64,000 nucleotides of DNA from an uncultured Verrucomicrobia subdivision 3 bacterium (lineage in GTDB: Bacteria > Verrucomicrobiota > Verrucomicrobiia > Limisphaerales > UBA11358): contig CAIRJF010000028.1 of assembly GCA_903878805.1 (NCBI GenBank), positions 81,490 to 145,489 of the forward strand, in the 5' to 3' direction. This document shows positions 46,289 to 56,792 of the stretch, piece after piece. The position numbers and the translations under genes are program-made. The stretch's first letter is position 1, and every line of letters begins with the position of its first letter. The notes beneath the pieces are model-generated. The model was not told the DNA's origin. It searched no databases and saw only the letters and a program-made list of their open reading frames with translations.

Positions 46289-47890
46289 TCAATTTCCCCG
46301 CCGCACCACGCTGTCGCGCTGCGACCATTCGGGATTCAAATCGGGAAAATCCAAATTGTAATTCAGCCCGCGGCTCTCCGGCCGCAAGAGCGCGCAGCGC
46401 ACAATCAATTCCGCCACGGTGGCGATGTTGCGTAGTTCCAGCAAATCGGCGGTCACATTGAAATTCCAGTAGTAGTCGTGAATCTCCTCCTGCAAATTCG
46501 CGATGCGCTTTTGCGCGCGTTGCAGCCGCTTGTTCGTGCGCACGATGCCGACATAATCCCACATCAAGCGACGGATTTCATCCCAGTTGTGCGACACCAC
46601 GACCAGTTCATCCGCATTCGTCGCGTTGCCGGATTGCCAGAACGGGATTTTCAAATCCGATTTCTGGCGCGGATTTGAAATGATTTTTTCCGCCGCGCGA
46701 TGCGCACACACCAGTGCTTCCAAAAGCGAATTGCTCGCCAGCCGGTTCGCGCCATGCAAGCCCGTGCAAGCCGCCTCGCCGACCGCAAAAAGTCCCGCGA
46801 TGTCCGTCTCGCCGTCCACGTTCGTCACCACGCCGCCGCATTGATAATGCGCCGCCGGCACAACCGGAATCGCCTCCTTCGTGATGTCAATGCCGTAGCG
46901 CAGGCACGTTTCGTAAATGTTCGGAAAACGTTCGATGATGAATTTCGCGGGCTTGCTCGTGATGTCCAGCAGCACGCAATCCGCGCCGGATTTTTTCATC
47001 TCGCTGTCAATCGCGCGCGCCACGATGTCGCGCGGCGCCAGCGATTTCATTGGGTGAACGCCATCCATGAATTCTTTTCCATCGAGTGATTTTAGAATTC
47101 CACCTTCACCGCGCACCGCTTCGGAAATCAAAAACGATTTCGCCTTCGGATGATACAGACACGTCGGATGAAACTGCACGAACTCCATGTTCGCGATGCT
47201 CGCGCCCGCGCGATACGCCATCGCCACGCCGTCGCCCGTCGCGATGTCGGGATTCGTCGTGTAGAGATAAACCTTGCCGCAACCGCCCGTCGCCAGCACC
47301 GTCACCGGCGCGGAAAAAGTGGCGACGTGATTATTTTTTTTATCAAAAACGTAAGCGCCGAGACAACGATTCTCGCCGACATAACCCAACTTCTGGCTCG
47401 TGATCAAATCAATCGCGATGTGGTTCTCGAAAATTTCGATGTTCGGCTGGCGCGAAACCGCGTCCAGCAACGCGCGTTCAATCTCGCGCCCCGTCACATC
47501 TTTCGCGTGCAGAATCCGGCGTTTGGAATGCCCGCCTTCCTTGCCCAAATCGAGTTCGTGCGCGCCGTGCGAAGCCGGAATTTCGCGCTCGGAAAATTTC
47601 ATGCCGAGTTCGATCAATTCCTGAATCCGCGCCGGCCCTTCCTCGACAATTGTGCGCACAACATTTTCCTTGCACAAGCCCGCGCCCGCCACGAGCGTGT
47701 CGCGGACGTGCGACTCGAAGGAATCTTCTTGGCTCGTCACCGACGCGATGCCGCCCTGCGCGTAATTCGTGTTCGACTCCGCGCGATTTTTTTTCGTGAC
47801 GATGGCCACGCGCCCGCGCGGCGCGACTTGCAACGCGAACGTTAAACCGGCGATGCCGCTGCCGAGAACAAGAAAATCAAATTGTTTCAT
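46289..47890 (-). CDS. nadB: L-aspartate oxidase
   Basis: FDFLVLGSGIAGL FAD motif. YAQGGIA, HPT and GLHGANRLASNSLLE motifs. Confidence 0.9.
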   Translation of the reverse strand: MKQFDFLVLGSGIAGLTFALQVAPRGRVAIVTKKNRAESNTNYAQGGIASVTSQEDSFESHVRDTLVAGAGLCKENVVRTIVEEGPARIQELIELGMKFSEREIPASHGAHELDLGKEGGHSKRRILHAKDVTGREIERALLDAVSRQPNIEIFENHIAIDLITSQKLGYVGENRCLGAYVFDKKNNHVATFSAPVTVLATGGCGKVYLYTTNPDIATGDGVAMAYRAGASIANMEFVQFHPTCLYHPKAKSFLISEAVRGEGGILKSLDGKEFMDGVHPMKSLAPRDIVARAIDSEMKKSGADCVLLDITSKPAKFIIERFPNIYETCLRYGIDITKEAIPVVPAAHYQCGGVVTNVDGETDIAGLFAVGEAACTGLHGANRLASNSLLEALVCAHRAAEKIISNPRQKSDLKIPFWQSGNATNADELVVVSHNWDEIRRLMWDYVGIVRTNKRLQRAQKRIANLQEEIHDYYWNFNVTADLLELRNIATVAELIVRCALLRPESRGLNYNLDFPDLNPEWSQRDSVVRRGN

Positions 47891-48489
47891 TTTATTCTTT
47901 CGCCAACCCAGAGATTGCCTTTGTTCACGAAATAAATTGTATCTCCATCTTTTTGTTCGGTCAAAACCGAACGAGTTTTACAAAACTCAACGCTCTTCTT
48001 ATCCAGTTCATCCTCTTTTTCGGCTAACGTTTCAGTGTCAAAGCAACTTTGCCATTGAAACATTCCCGTTTTGAAATAGTTTGAATTGTATTCACTCGGC
48101 GGCTTGTTCTGTAATTTTTCATTTACCAGAAACAAATTTTCGTAGTAGCTGATTCTTTCTCCAATGGCCGCCACAATTTGGGTTCGATGAAATCTTGGGT
48201 CGAAAACCCAAATCTTCAAATAGTATTTAGAACCTATTTCTTTTAACTGCCTGTCCCAATTTTCATAAATTTCGACGAGCGCATCCAAAAATAATCGGCG
48301 ATACCAGAATGGTGGATTTCTTGGTGTCAAATTGCTCCACGGTGAAATTGCGAGTTTAACGTAATCTCGGCCGTATTTTCCTAAAAGTTCTCGATTGATT
48401 TCGAGGTGAGCATTTTTCAAATAGTTGATTTTGTCTGCCAGCCTTATCCAGCCGCGAATTCTTTTTCGATTTGAAAATGGATAAGGCAT
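47887..48489 (-). CDS. Low-GC orphan protein of unknown function
   Basis: ~37% GC on a sample line against ~55% in nadB. ATGA overlap with the nadB start. No recognisable motif. Confidence 0.6.
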   Translation of the reverse strand: MPYPFSNRKRIRGWIRLADKINYLKNAHLEINRELLGKYGRDYVKLAISPWSNLTPRNPPFWYRRLFLDALVEIYENWDRQLKEIGSKYYLKIWVFDPRFHRTQIVAAIGERISYYENLFLVNEKLQNKPPSEYNSNYFKTGMFQWQSCFDTETLAEKEDELDKKSVEFCKTRSVLTEQKDGDTIYFVNKGNLWVGERIK

Positions 48490-48500
48490 ATCGGATCAAT

Positions 48501-49364
48501 TCAAAGCCGTGCATTATCAATCAACCGCGTCTTGCCGACGAAAACCGCCAGCGCCATCTGCGTGCCGCGTTTGACCTGCGCCACGGGCTGCAAAGTTTCA
48601 GGATTAAAAAATTCAACGTAATCCAGTTTTGCGTCCGGCTCGATTTCAATCAACTTTTTCAAATCCGATTTCAAGTCCGCCGCCAAAACTGATTTTGATT
48701 TTTGGACGGCAAACTTGGCGATTTGAATCGCGCACCAAAGCACCGTCGCCTGCCGCCGCAAATCGCCCACGAGATATTTGTTCCGCGAACTCATCGCCAG
48801 TCCGTCGCGTTCCCGCAAGGTCGGTGCGACGATTATTTTTACCGGAAAATTCAAATCGCGCGTCATGCGCTGGATGATGGCCGCCTGCTGAAAATCTTTT
48901 TGACCGAACACGGAAATATCCGGTAACACGATATTAAAAAGTTTGGCGACAATCGTCGTCACGCCGCGAAAATGCGTGGGCCGCGACGCGCCTTCCATCG
49001 CGCGCCCCAAATTTTCCTCGATGACGTATGTGCTATAATTTCCTTCCGCTTTGCGCGGATACATTTCCGCGTCGTTCGGCGTGAATACCACGTCCGCGCC
49101 GGCTTCACGGCACAATTTCAAATCACGTTTCAAGTCGCGCGGGTATTTGGATAAATCTTCCGTCGGCGCAAACTGCGTCGGGTTGACATAAATGCTCACG
49201 ACCACTTTTCCTTTTTTGCCGACGCGTTTGCGCGCCGCGCGCACGAGGCTCAAATGGCCGGCGTGCAGATAACCCATCGTCGGCACAAAGCCGATTTTGA
49301 CGCCGGCGCGTTTCCACTGCAGCGCAAGTTTCTGCATGGCGGTGACGCGGGAGACGATTCGCAT
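48501..49364 (-). CDS. panC: Pantoate--beta-alanine ligase
   Basis: GFVPTMGYLHAGHLSL (HxGH), and FGQKDFQQ motifs. Confidence 0.9.
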   Translation of the reverse strand: MRIVSRVTAMQKLALQWKRAGVKIGFVPTMGYLHAGHLSLVRAARKRVGKKGKVVVSIYVNPTQFAPTEDLSKYPRDLKRDLKLCREAGADVVFTPNDAEMYPRKAEGNYSTYVIEENLGRAMEGASRPTHFRGVTTIVAKLFNIVLPDISVFGQKDFQQAAIIQRMTRDLNFPVKIIVAPTLRERDGLAMSSRNKYLVGDLRRQATVLWCAIQIAKFAVQKSKSVLAADLKSDLKKLIEIEPDAKLDYVEFFNPETLQPVAQVKRGTQMALAVFVGKTRLIDNARL

Positions 49365-49400
49365 GGAAAAGGTTTAACTTAATTTTGAAGTGATTTCACG

Positions 49401-49434
49401 AAAGAAAAAGCCGCACCGGGGTTTCCGATGCGGC
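49401..49434 (-). terminator. Rho-independent terminator downstream of the glutaredoxin-like gene
   Basis: On the minus strand: GCCGCATCGG-AAACC-CCGGTGCGGC (10-bp stem including one G-U pair) followed by TTTTTCTTT. Confidence 0.75.
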
Positions 49435-49456
49435 GTTTGTTCCCCACCCTAAAATT

Positions 49457-49783
49457 TTAAGCCTGCGCGTAAAGGTGTTTGTGCTTGGCGCACGCTTCAT
49501 TGGTCGGCGCGTCCGGCACGATTTCATTCGGCGTCACGATTTTGTTCGCGAGCATCCACGCTTCAACTTCGTCGCCGCTGATGTCGGGCAACATGTGGCC
49601 GTTGATTTCGACGCACGGGCTGAGCATCTGGCCGCTGCGCTCAACCATTTCCGCGCGCTGCGCGGGGTCATTGATGATGTCGCGGTCTTCAAACGGCAAA
49701 TCATATTTCTTGAGAATGGCGCGAACGCCAGCACTCCAACCACAGGACGGTTTCAAATAGGCGATGATTTTTGGTTTGCTCAT
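49457..49783 (-). CDS. Glutaredoxin-family protein
   Basis: MSKPKIIAYLKPSCGWSAGVRAILKKYDLPFEDRDI is a thioredoxin-fold CxxS active site. The ATG at 49783 is chosen. Confidence 0.7.
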   Translation of the reverse strand: MSKPKIIAYLKPSCGWSAGVRAILKKYDLPFEDRDIINDPAQRAEMVERSGQMLSPCVEINGHMLPDISGDEVEAWMLANKIVTPNEIVPDAPTNEACAKHKHLYAQA

Positions 49784-49843
49784 AGTTTTACAAAAATTGT
49801 TGTTTCGACGACAAAATAGTGCCACATCCAAGGCAGACCTGCA

Positions 49844-49901
49844 AATTTTCTTTAGACACAGATTGCACGGATGAACACGGATTTAATCTGTGATAATCCG
49901 T
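49844..49901. repeat. Composite palindromic REP-like element
   Basis: CACAGATT/AATCTGTG (49847-54 / 49875-82). ACACGGATT/AATCCGTGT (49865-73 / 49885-93). CACGGAT/ATCCGT (49856-62 / 49895-900). Starts with the AGACACAGA core. Confidence 0.6.
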
Positions 49902-49911
49902 GTGATCCGTA

Positions 49912-51078
<1,167 letters not shown>

Positions 51079-51095
51079 TTAAAATTTAGAAAATT

Positions 51096-51163
51096 GCCAC
51101 CGAGACACAGAGGCGCAGAGAAATGCTAAAAATAAAAACTCGGTATCTCTGTGCCTCGGTGGC
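51096..51163. repeat. 17-nt-arm palindromic REP-like element (possible terminator of the upstream minus-strand gene)
   Basis: GCCACCGAGACACAGAG (51096-51112) pairs with CTCTGTGCCTCGGTGGC (51147-51163) with one mismatch. 34-nt loop. A T-rich tract follows on the minus strand. Confidence 0.6.
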
Positions 51164-51169
51164 GAAAAA

Positions 51170-51694
51170 TTACTTGCCGGACAATTCAACGAACGAAACA
51201 TCCACTAATAAATCGGCGGCGATTTTTTCCAAATCTTTTTTCAGCGCGGCGAGGTCGCAATGTTCCGGCAACCGCAAACGTGCGCTGGCTTTAAACAAGG
51301 TTTCGCCGGACATCGGCGCGCTGACGAGTTCGCTAAAAAATTCCTCGACGTTCACATTCGCCCGCGCAAGCGCAGCAGTGATTTCACGGACGATGCCCGG
51401 ACGGTCGCTGCCGACGATTTCTAGTTTGGTCTGACGGCCGGAAGATGCGGCCACCGCCGATTGCGTTGGCTGAATGACAACGTTCAGGCCGGAAATTTTT
51501 TGCAGCGCAGCAAGCAGCGCAGATTTTTTCTCCGCTGGAATTTCCACGCGTAAAATACCCGCGAACTCGCCGCCGAGCCGGCACATACGACTTTCCAGCC
51601 AGTTACCTTCGTGTTCCGCCACGACGCGCGCGACGGATTCCACGAGGCCAGTGCGATCCGCGCCGACAAGGGTGATGACCAATGGAATCGGCAT
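51170..51694 (-). CDS. GcvR-like tandem ACT-domain protein
   Basis: VITLVGADRTGLVESVARVVAEH and LEIVGSDRPGIVREITAALA are two ACT-type repeats as in GcvR. Confidence 0.65.
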   Translation of the reverse strand: MPIPLVITLVGADRTGLVESVARVVAEHEGNWLESRMCRLGGEFAGILRVEIPAEKKSALLAALQKISGLNVVIQPTQSAVAASSGRQTKLEIVGSDRPGIVREITAALARANVNVEEFFSELVSAPMSGETLFKASARLRLPEHCDLAALKKDLEKIAADLLVDVSFVELSGK

Positions 51695-51709
51695 GATGAT
51701 GAAATGGAA

Positions 51710-52114
51710 TCAAGCTTGGCTGGTGATTTTGCGCCAGTCCACGCCTTGTTTGCCCGCGTAAATGGCAAAAGCTTTTTCGTTCTGAATCAGCACGGCGCGC
51801 ACGACGCTGGAATCGTCCGCGCGACCGAGATTCAAAACGCCGGCGGGAATGATACCGTCTTTTTTATGCGCGTAGATGAGCGCGAAAACCGCTTGCGCTA
51901 CGGCCACAAACGGAAGTTCCTTGTAAGCGCCTTCCATGACGTCTTCGACGGCGTCAGCGAGAAATTCAAGTTGATCCACAAGGTGCGGAAATTTCGGCGC
52001 GTTGATTTGCGTGAACTCCAGTTTCCACTGGGGCAGGTGGCGCAAAACTTTTTCCGCGAGGGCGGGCGTGATGGCGGCGGCGCCGTTATTAACGAAGTTG
52101 GCAATCTCTGGCAT
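51710..52114 (-). CDS. Hypothetical protein
   Basis: Good coding appearance (by-eye impression), and 15-nt spacing to the downstream gene. No motif recognised. Confidence 0.55.
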   Translation of the reverse strand: MPEIANFVNNGAAAITPALAEKVLRHLPQWKLEFTQINAPKFPHLVDQLEFLADAVEDVMEGAYKELPFVAVAQAVFALIYAHKKDGIIPAGVLNLGRADDSSVVRAVLIQNEKAFAIYAGKQGVDWRKITSQA

Positions 52115-52158
52115 GGCGGCAATCTAGTGAATGCCGCGCCTGCGTAAAGGGAAAATTG

Positions 52159-53556
52159 TCAGGCGATGCCCGCGCGTTTCAGCACGAGTTCAAAATCGTA
52201 TTCCGATTTGCGCGCTTTGCGACTACGCAATGCATTGGCTGCGGCGTCGCCGACGAAAGATTCTGTCGCAACATCCCACGTCAATTTGCGTTTCAATTTC
52301 ATGCTAATCCACGCGGCGGCGCAGGCTTCCAGACTGCGTGCAGATTGCTGTATCGGCGCAATCGGTTGGCGGTTGGCGACAATACTTGCCAGCCAGTTGC
52401 CGTGATGCGATTTACTGGGTTGCCAGCGGACGGCATCTGTGCCGAGCGGAGAAAGAATTTTTTTATCACTCGCGCGCAAGGGCGGCAGCGCTTCGTCGCC
52501 ATCTTCGCTGCGGGTGCAGAACACCCAGCCGTCATCGCCTTCGAATCGGATGCCGTTCGGAAATTTGTTGTCGATGATCACCTTCACGTTTTGGGGATAC
52601 GACATCTCCACATGATACGCACCGTGCACCGTCACTAAATCATCCGGATAAAATTTGGCGTGCGCTTCGACGGTCTTAGGTCCGCCGAGTTCCTGCGCCA
52701 TCGCCCATTGCGCGATATCCACATGATGTGCGCCCCAATTTGTGATCATGCCCAAACCAAAATCTTCCGTGGTGATCCAGCCTGGGCGGTCGTCCAAACT
52801 ATCCTGTGGATGCACGCGGCCCTCCATGTAAGGTTGCTCCGGCGCGCAGCCAAGCCAATGTTCGTAATCCAGATTTTCCGGGACAGGCATGGCTGCCGGG
52901 GATTTTCCGCTGGGCTTGTCGAGGCCGATGCCAATTTTAATTGTCCGTAACTGGCCGATGCGACCGTTGCGAACGGCTTCGCTCGCTTTGCGGAAACTTC
53001 CCCACGGCCGTTCGGAACGCTGTTGCGATCCGGTCTGCAAAATAATTTTCTTTGCCTCAACTGTTTTACGCAACGCGATGGCCTCGGCGATGGAATACGT
53101 CACCGGCTTCTGGACGTAAACGTGTTTGCCGGCGATTGCGGCCTCGATGGCGACGAGCGCGTGCGAATGATCGGGCACGCTGATGATAACCGCGTCAATC
53201 TCCGGCGACGCCAGCACGTCGTGGTAATCGTGAAACGTCTTCACGGTCGCGCTAGTTTCGCCGCGTTCGGAATAATATTCCTCCGCCATCTGCTTCGCAG
53301 CGGCCAGCCGTTTGGCGTCAAGATCGCAAACGGCCACGATGCGTGCCAGCGGCTCGGACAAGATGTTCCCCATGTCGCTGCGCCCCATGCGACCACAACC
53401 GATCTGGGCGACCTGAATTTTTTTGGATGGCGCGTCCGCCCCGAAAAGTCGGGCGGGAACAATGCTCGGCAAGACCATTAAGCCGAAACCGCCGCCGACA
53501 GCGGATCTCAAAAAACTGCGGCGCGACCAAGGCTTCACTTGAACATTTGGGTTCAA
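52159..53556 (-). CDS. Tat-exported Gfo/Idh/MocA-family oxidoreductase
   Basis: WSRRSFLRSAVGGG Tat motif. IQVAQIGCGRMG Rossmann start. HVYVQKP motif. Confidence 0.8.
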   Translation of the reverse strand: MNPNVQVKPWSRRSFLRSAVGGGFGLMVLPSIVPARLFGADAPSKKIQVAQIGCGRMGRSDMGNILSEPLARIVAVCDLDAKRLAAAKQMAEEYYSERGETSATVKTFHDYHDVLASPEIDAVIISVPDHSHALVAIEAAIAGKHVYVQKPVTYSIAEAIALRKTVEAKKIILQTGSQQRSERPWGSFRKASEAVRNGRIGQLRTIKIGIGLDKPSGKSPAAMPVPENLDYEHWLGCAPEQPYMEGRVHPQDSLDDRPGWITTEDFGLGMITNWGAHHVDIAQWAMAQELGGPKTVEAHAKFYPDDLVTVHGAYHVEMSYPQNVKVIIDNKFPNGIRFEGDDGWVFCTRSEDGDEALPPLRASDKKILSPLGTDAVRWQPSKSHHGNWLASIVANRQPIAPIQQSARSLEACAAAWISMKLKRKLTWDVATESFVGDAAANALRSRKARKSEYDFELVLKRAGIA

Positions 53557-53575
53557 TTATTTTTCGCCGTGCAAT

Positions 53576-55000
53576 TCACAAATTATAATACTGCTCCCAA
53601 TCCTTGCGCGGCGGCACGCCGGCGAGCAAACCGTTGGCAATCTTGTGATTCGTGATTTGCTTGGTCACCGGATCAAATTCCAGCTTGGCGTTCACGCGCT
53701 GCGCGATGACGCCGATGGCCATCACTTGGCATAGCGGGCCAGCCACGGCGAAGTTGGAACGTGTCTTTTCTTCGCCTTTGACGGCGCGGAGAAAATTGAC
53801 GTAATGATTCGATGGGCTTTTCGGCACCGTCGGCAGCTTGGGCGCCATTTCCTTGGCCTTCTCTGACGGAATAATTTGCAGCGTCGCGCCGTGCGAGCCG
53901 CCTTTGAAGGTCAAACCTTCGCCGTAAATTACCTTGCCCGGCGGGCGTTTTGTGTTGTCAATGCTGCCGACCGACGGCGGCGGAATGTTCGGATCCACTA
54001 CGGCAGCGCCGATGTTGTCGGGCAATGGCGGCAGATTTTCTTGGCCGTCATACCAGTCGAGTTCACACGGCGGCTGCGCGCCGCGCGCCGGGAAACGGAA
54101 CGCCAGCGTCGAGGCCTGCGGAAAAATGAACGGGCTGTAGCCTTCGAGCTTCACGGCCTCGACTTCGGTCGGCAAACCGAGTTGTAAAAATTCGTGCGCC
54201 GTGTCGAAGATATGCGCGCCCCAATCGCCGAGCGCACCATTGCCGAAGTCGAACCACGAGCGCCAGTCGCCGTTGACATAACCGTGGTTGTAAGCGTGTT
54301 GCTGCGCGGTCGTCAGCCAGACATCCCAATCGAGGCTCGCAGGAATCGGTTCTTCCGGCAGCAGTCCATTCACTTTCATGCCGTGCCAGCGGCGTTTGCT
54401 GATCATGTAAGCGGTGATTTTGGTGACGTTCTTGATGATGCCTGCCTCGGTCCACGCCTTGAATTGAAAATAATTCGCCTCGGAATGGCCCTGATTGCCC
54501 ATCTGCGCGGCGACGTTATATTTTTTCTCCGCTGCCATCATCAACTCGATTTGCCGGAAGCTGTGGCCCATCGGTTTTTCGCAGTAGACGTGCTTGCCGA
54601 GCGACATCGCCAACATCGCGATGGGAAAATGCGAGAAGTCAGGCGTGCCGATGCACACGGCATCTATGTCCTTGCCCATTTTGTCAAACATCTGCCGAAA
54701 ATCCTGAAAGCGCGGTGCCTTCGGGATGAGCTTCAAAGTTTTTTGCGTGTGCGGCGCGCCCATGTCCGTGTCGCACAGCGCAACAAAATTCACCATGCCG
54801 GTCTTGTGAAAAGCGGCAATGTCCTCGCCGCCGCGATTGCCGATGCCAATGCAGGCAAGGTTGACCTTGTTCGTCGTCGAAGCGCCGAACACCAGTCTTG
54901 GCGCGAACATCGAAGCTGCACCCGTCACGAGAACACCTTTGAGGAACGAACGGCGACGCATCTGCCCCACGGCCGCTTTTTTAATCTGATTTGATTTCAT
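53576..55000 (-). CDS. Tat-exported Gfo/Idh/MocA-family oxidoreductase
   Basis: MRRRSFLKGVLVTGAAS Tat motif. LACIGIGNRG Rossmann start. HVYCEKP motif. Confidence 0.8.
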   Translation of the reverse strand: MKSNQIKKAAVGQMRRRSFLKGVLVTGAASMFAPRLVFGASTTNKVNLACIGIGNRGGEDIAAFHKTGMVNFVALCDTDMGAPHTQKTLKLIPKAPRFQDFRQMFDKMGKDIDAVCIGTPDFSHFPIAMLAMSLGKHVYCEKPMGHSFRQIELMMAAEKKYNVAAQMGNQGHSEANYFQFKAWTEAGIIKNVTKITAYMISKRRWHGMKVNGLLPEEPIPASLDWDVWLTTAQQHAYNHGYVNGDWRSWFDFGNGALGDWGAHIFDTAHEFLQLGLPTEVEAVKLEGYSPFIFPQASTLAFRFPARGAQPPCELDWYDGQENLPPLPDNIGAAVVDPNIPPPSVGSIDNTKRPPGKVIYGEGLTFKGGSHGATLQIIPSEKAKEMAPKLPTVPKSPSNHYVNFLRAVKGEEKTRSNFAVAGPLCQVMAIGVIAQRVNAKLEFDPVTKQITNHKIANGLLAGVPPRKDWEQYYNL

Positions 55001-55021
55001 GTCGTTGGAATTTTTGAAGGT

Positions 55022-56698
55022 TCAGTTGGCCGGTAGTTCGCGGATTTTCACGTTGCGGAAGGAAACTTCGCTGCCATGTTCCTGCAACAAAATGTGGCCG
55101 TCCACCCATTCACCGAAATTCGGAATGTCGTGATATTTGCTGGCGGCAACGGCCGCGCGGAATTCCGGCGAGCCGCGCTCAAATTCCACCGTCTTCTCGC
55201 CGTTCAGCCAGAACTCGACATGTTTGCCCTGTGACAAAATGCGCGCGTGGTTCCACTCGCCGATGGGCAGGACTTTTTTTCCTTTCGGTGCGGGAATCAA
55301 ATCGTAAAGCGAACCGATGGTGCGGTCGCCGTTCACGCCACGTTTAGCATCGGGGTGTTTGGCATCGTCCAGGATCTGAAATTCCATGCCGATGGCCGAG
55401 CCTTTGGCGGTCGGTTTGCCGGTGACTTTGTCAATCGGTGAAATGTCCGGCTGCACAAAAATTTTGATACCGCTGTTGCAGCCCGGCGAGCATTTGAAAT
55501 CGGCGACTAGTTCAAAATTGGCGTGGCGTTTTTTTGTGATAATGTCGCCGCCGGATTGCGCTTCAGCTTCGCCGTTGGTCCAGCCGGCGTCCACCGTCAG
55601 CACGCCGTCGTGAATCGTCCAGCCATCCTTAGGAAACTGCTCCGACTTGGCGCTGCGCCAGCCGTCCGTGTTTTTACCGTTCCACAAGAGTATCCAGCCG
55701 TCGGCTTTTTCCTGCGCGCTCAAGGTGTTGACCGCGGCACCGGCTTTTTTCTCGTCTGCGACAATTTTTTTCAACGGAACATAGCACGGATTCGTGTAGG
55801 CACCGGGCGCGGCAGTCGCGAGATTGGGCGTCACATCCGCCGAAACTTCACCGAGCGCCCATTTGATGCCGCCGACGAGGATTTGCTGGAAGGTCGGATT
55901 CGTCCAAACGTCTTCGCGATGGCCCAGCGCGGTATACCAGACGCGGCCTTTGCCTTCGGCGCGTGCCCAAGTGTTTGGATATGCTGGGCGGTCATACATC
56001 GGACCTTTCATGTGCGGCGCATCTATCACCGTCAACACATGATCATCTGGTGCGAAATCTTTGAGCGAATACCATTCTTCTTGAAACGCAAAAGTGTCGC
56101 CGAGATTTTCAAAGCCGGGAAATTTAGAATCGATCACTCTATTCGTCGCGACCTGCTGCGCACCGTGGATGATGAATTCACCGCCGAGAAAACACGCATA
56201 CGGATCGGCATTCGTGCCGTGGTTGACGTAGCGGTCCGGACCTTTTTGCGATTCGTTGCCAGTATGAAAAGTGTCTGCTGCCGCGTGCGTCCCGATAAAA
56301 CCTTTGCCGCTGCGGACGTAATCAAACAACGCCTGCTTACCCGCCGGCGTCATCGGCGGATTTTTATCCGTGCCTTCGCTGCACAAATCGCCGGTCGTAT
56401 AAAAAAACACCGCGTCAAACTGATTCAAATAATCCGGACTAAATTTCGAGCCATCCTTGGAGAAGGTGAACTCCCAGCCGTTTTTCGCGCCAAGTTCAAG
56501 TAGAACTTTTTCCGCAAAACTCGGCTGGCCGTTCTTCCACGAGATGACCGGATGCTCAAAGCTACTGGATTTGGTAAAGAATAAAATTTTCTTCGGTGCG
56601 GCAGCGGCGCTAAACGCGACGGTGATAAAAAGGATGGCAAAGGCGAAAACGAAATGGCGGAATTCGTGGGCTTTCATTGGTTGCGCAGTTGGACGCAT
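55022..56698 (-). CDS. Secreted ThuA-like domain + DUF1080 (3-keto-disaccharide hydrolase-like) fusion protein
   Basis: The N-half has KKILFFTKSSSFEHP...FIGTHAAADTF (ThuA-like). The C-half has GWILLWNGKNTDGWR...EFQILDD...GSLYDLIP...GHILLQEHGSEVSFRNVKIREL (DUF1080). Confidence 0.75.
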   Translation of the reverse strand: MRPTAQPMKAHEFRHFVFAFAILFITVAFSAAAAPKKILFFTKSSSFEHPVISWKNGQPSFAEKVLLELGAKNGWEFTFSKDGSKFSPDYLNQFDAVFFYTTGDLCSEGTDKNPPMTPAGKQALFDYVRSGKGFIGTHAAADTFHTGNESQKGPDRYVNHGTNADPYACFLGGEFIIHGAQQVATNRVIDSKFPGFENLGDTFAFQEEWYSLKDFAPDDHVLTVIDAPHMKGPMYDRPAYPNTWARAEGKGRVWYTALGHREDVWTNPTFQQILVGGIKWALGEVSADVTPNLATAAPGAYTNPCYVPLKKIVADEKKAGAAVNTLSAQEKADGWILLWNGKNTDGWRSAKSEQFPKDGWTIHDGVLTVDAGWTNGEAEAQSGGDIITKKRHANFELVADFKCSPGCNSGIKIFVQPDISPIDKVTGKPTAKGSAIGMEFQILDDAKHPDAKRGVNGDRTIGSLYDLIPAPKGKKVLPIGEWNHARILSQGKHVEFWLNGEKTVEFERGSPEFRAAVAASKYHDIPNFGEWVDGHILLQEHGSEVSFRNVKIRELPAN

Positions 56699-56792
56699 TA
56701 TCGCCGGAATTGGTTACGACTCAAATCTTTCTTTGATTTTCGAAAAACGGTGTTTCATCTGCGTTCCATCTGTGGCTAAATCTTTGGCGAAC

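Noticed and set aside
49847-49893. H-type pseudoknot formed by the interleaved arms CACAGATT/AATCTGTG and ACACGGATT/AATCCGTGT.
   Set aside because: The connecting loops would be 1-2 nt, too short to span 8-9-bp helices. Mutually exclusive hairpins or a DNA-level palindromic repeat are more likely.
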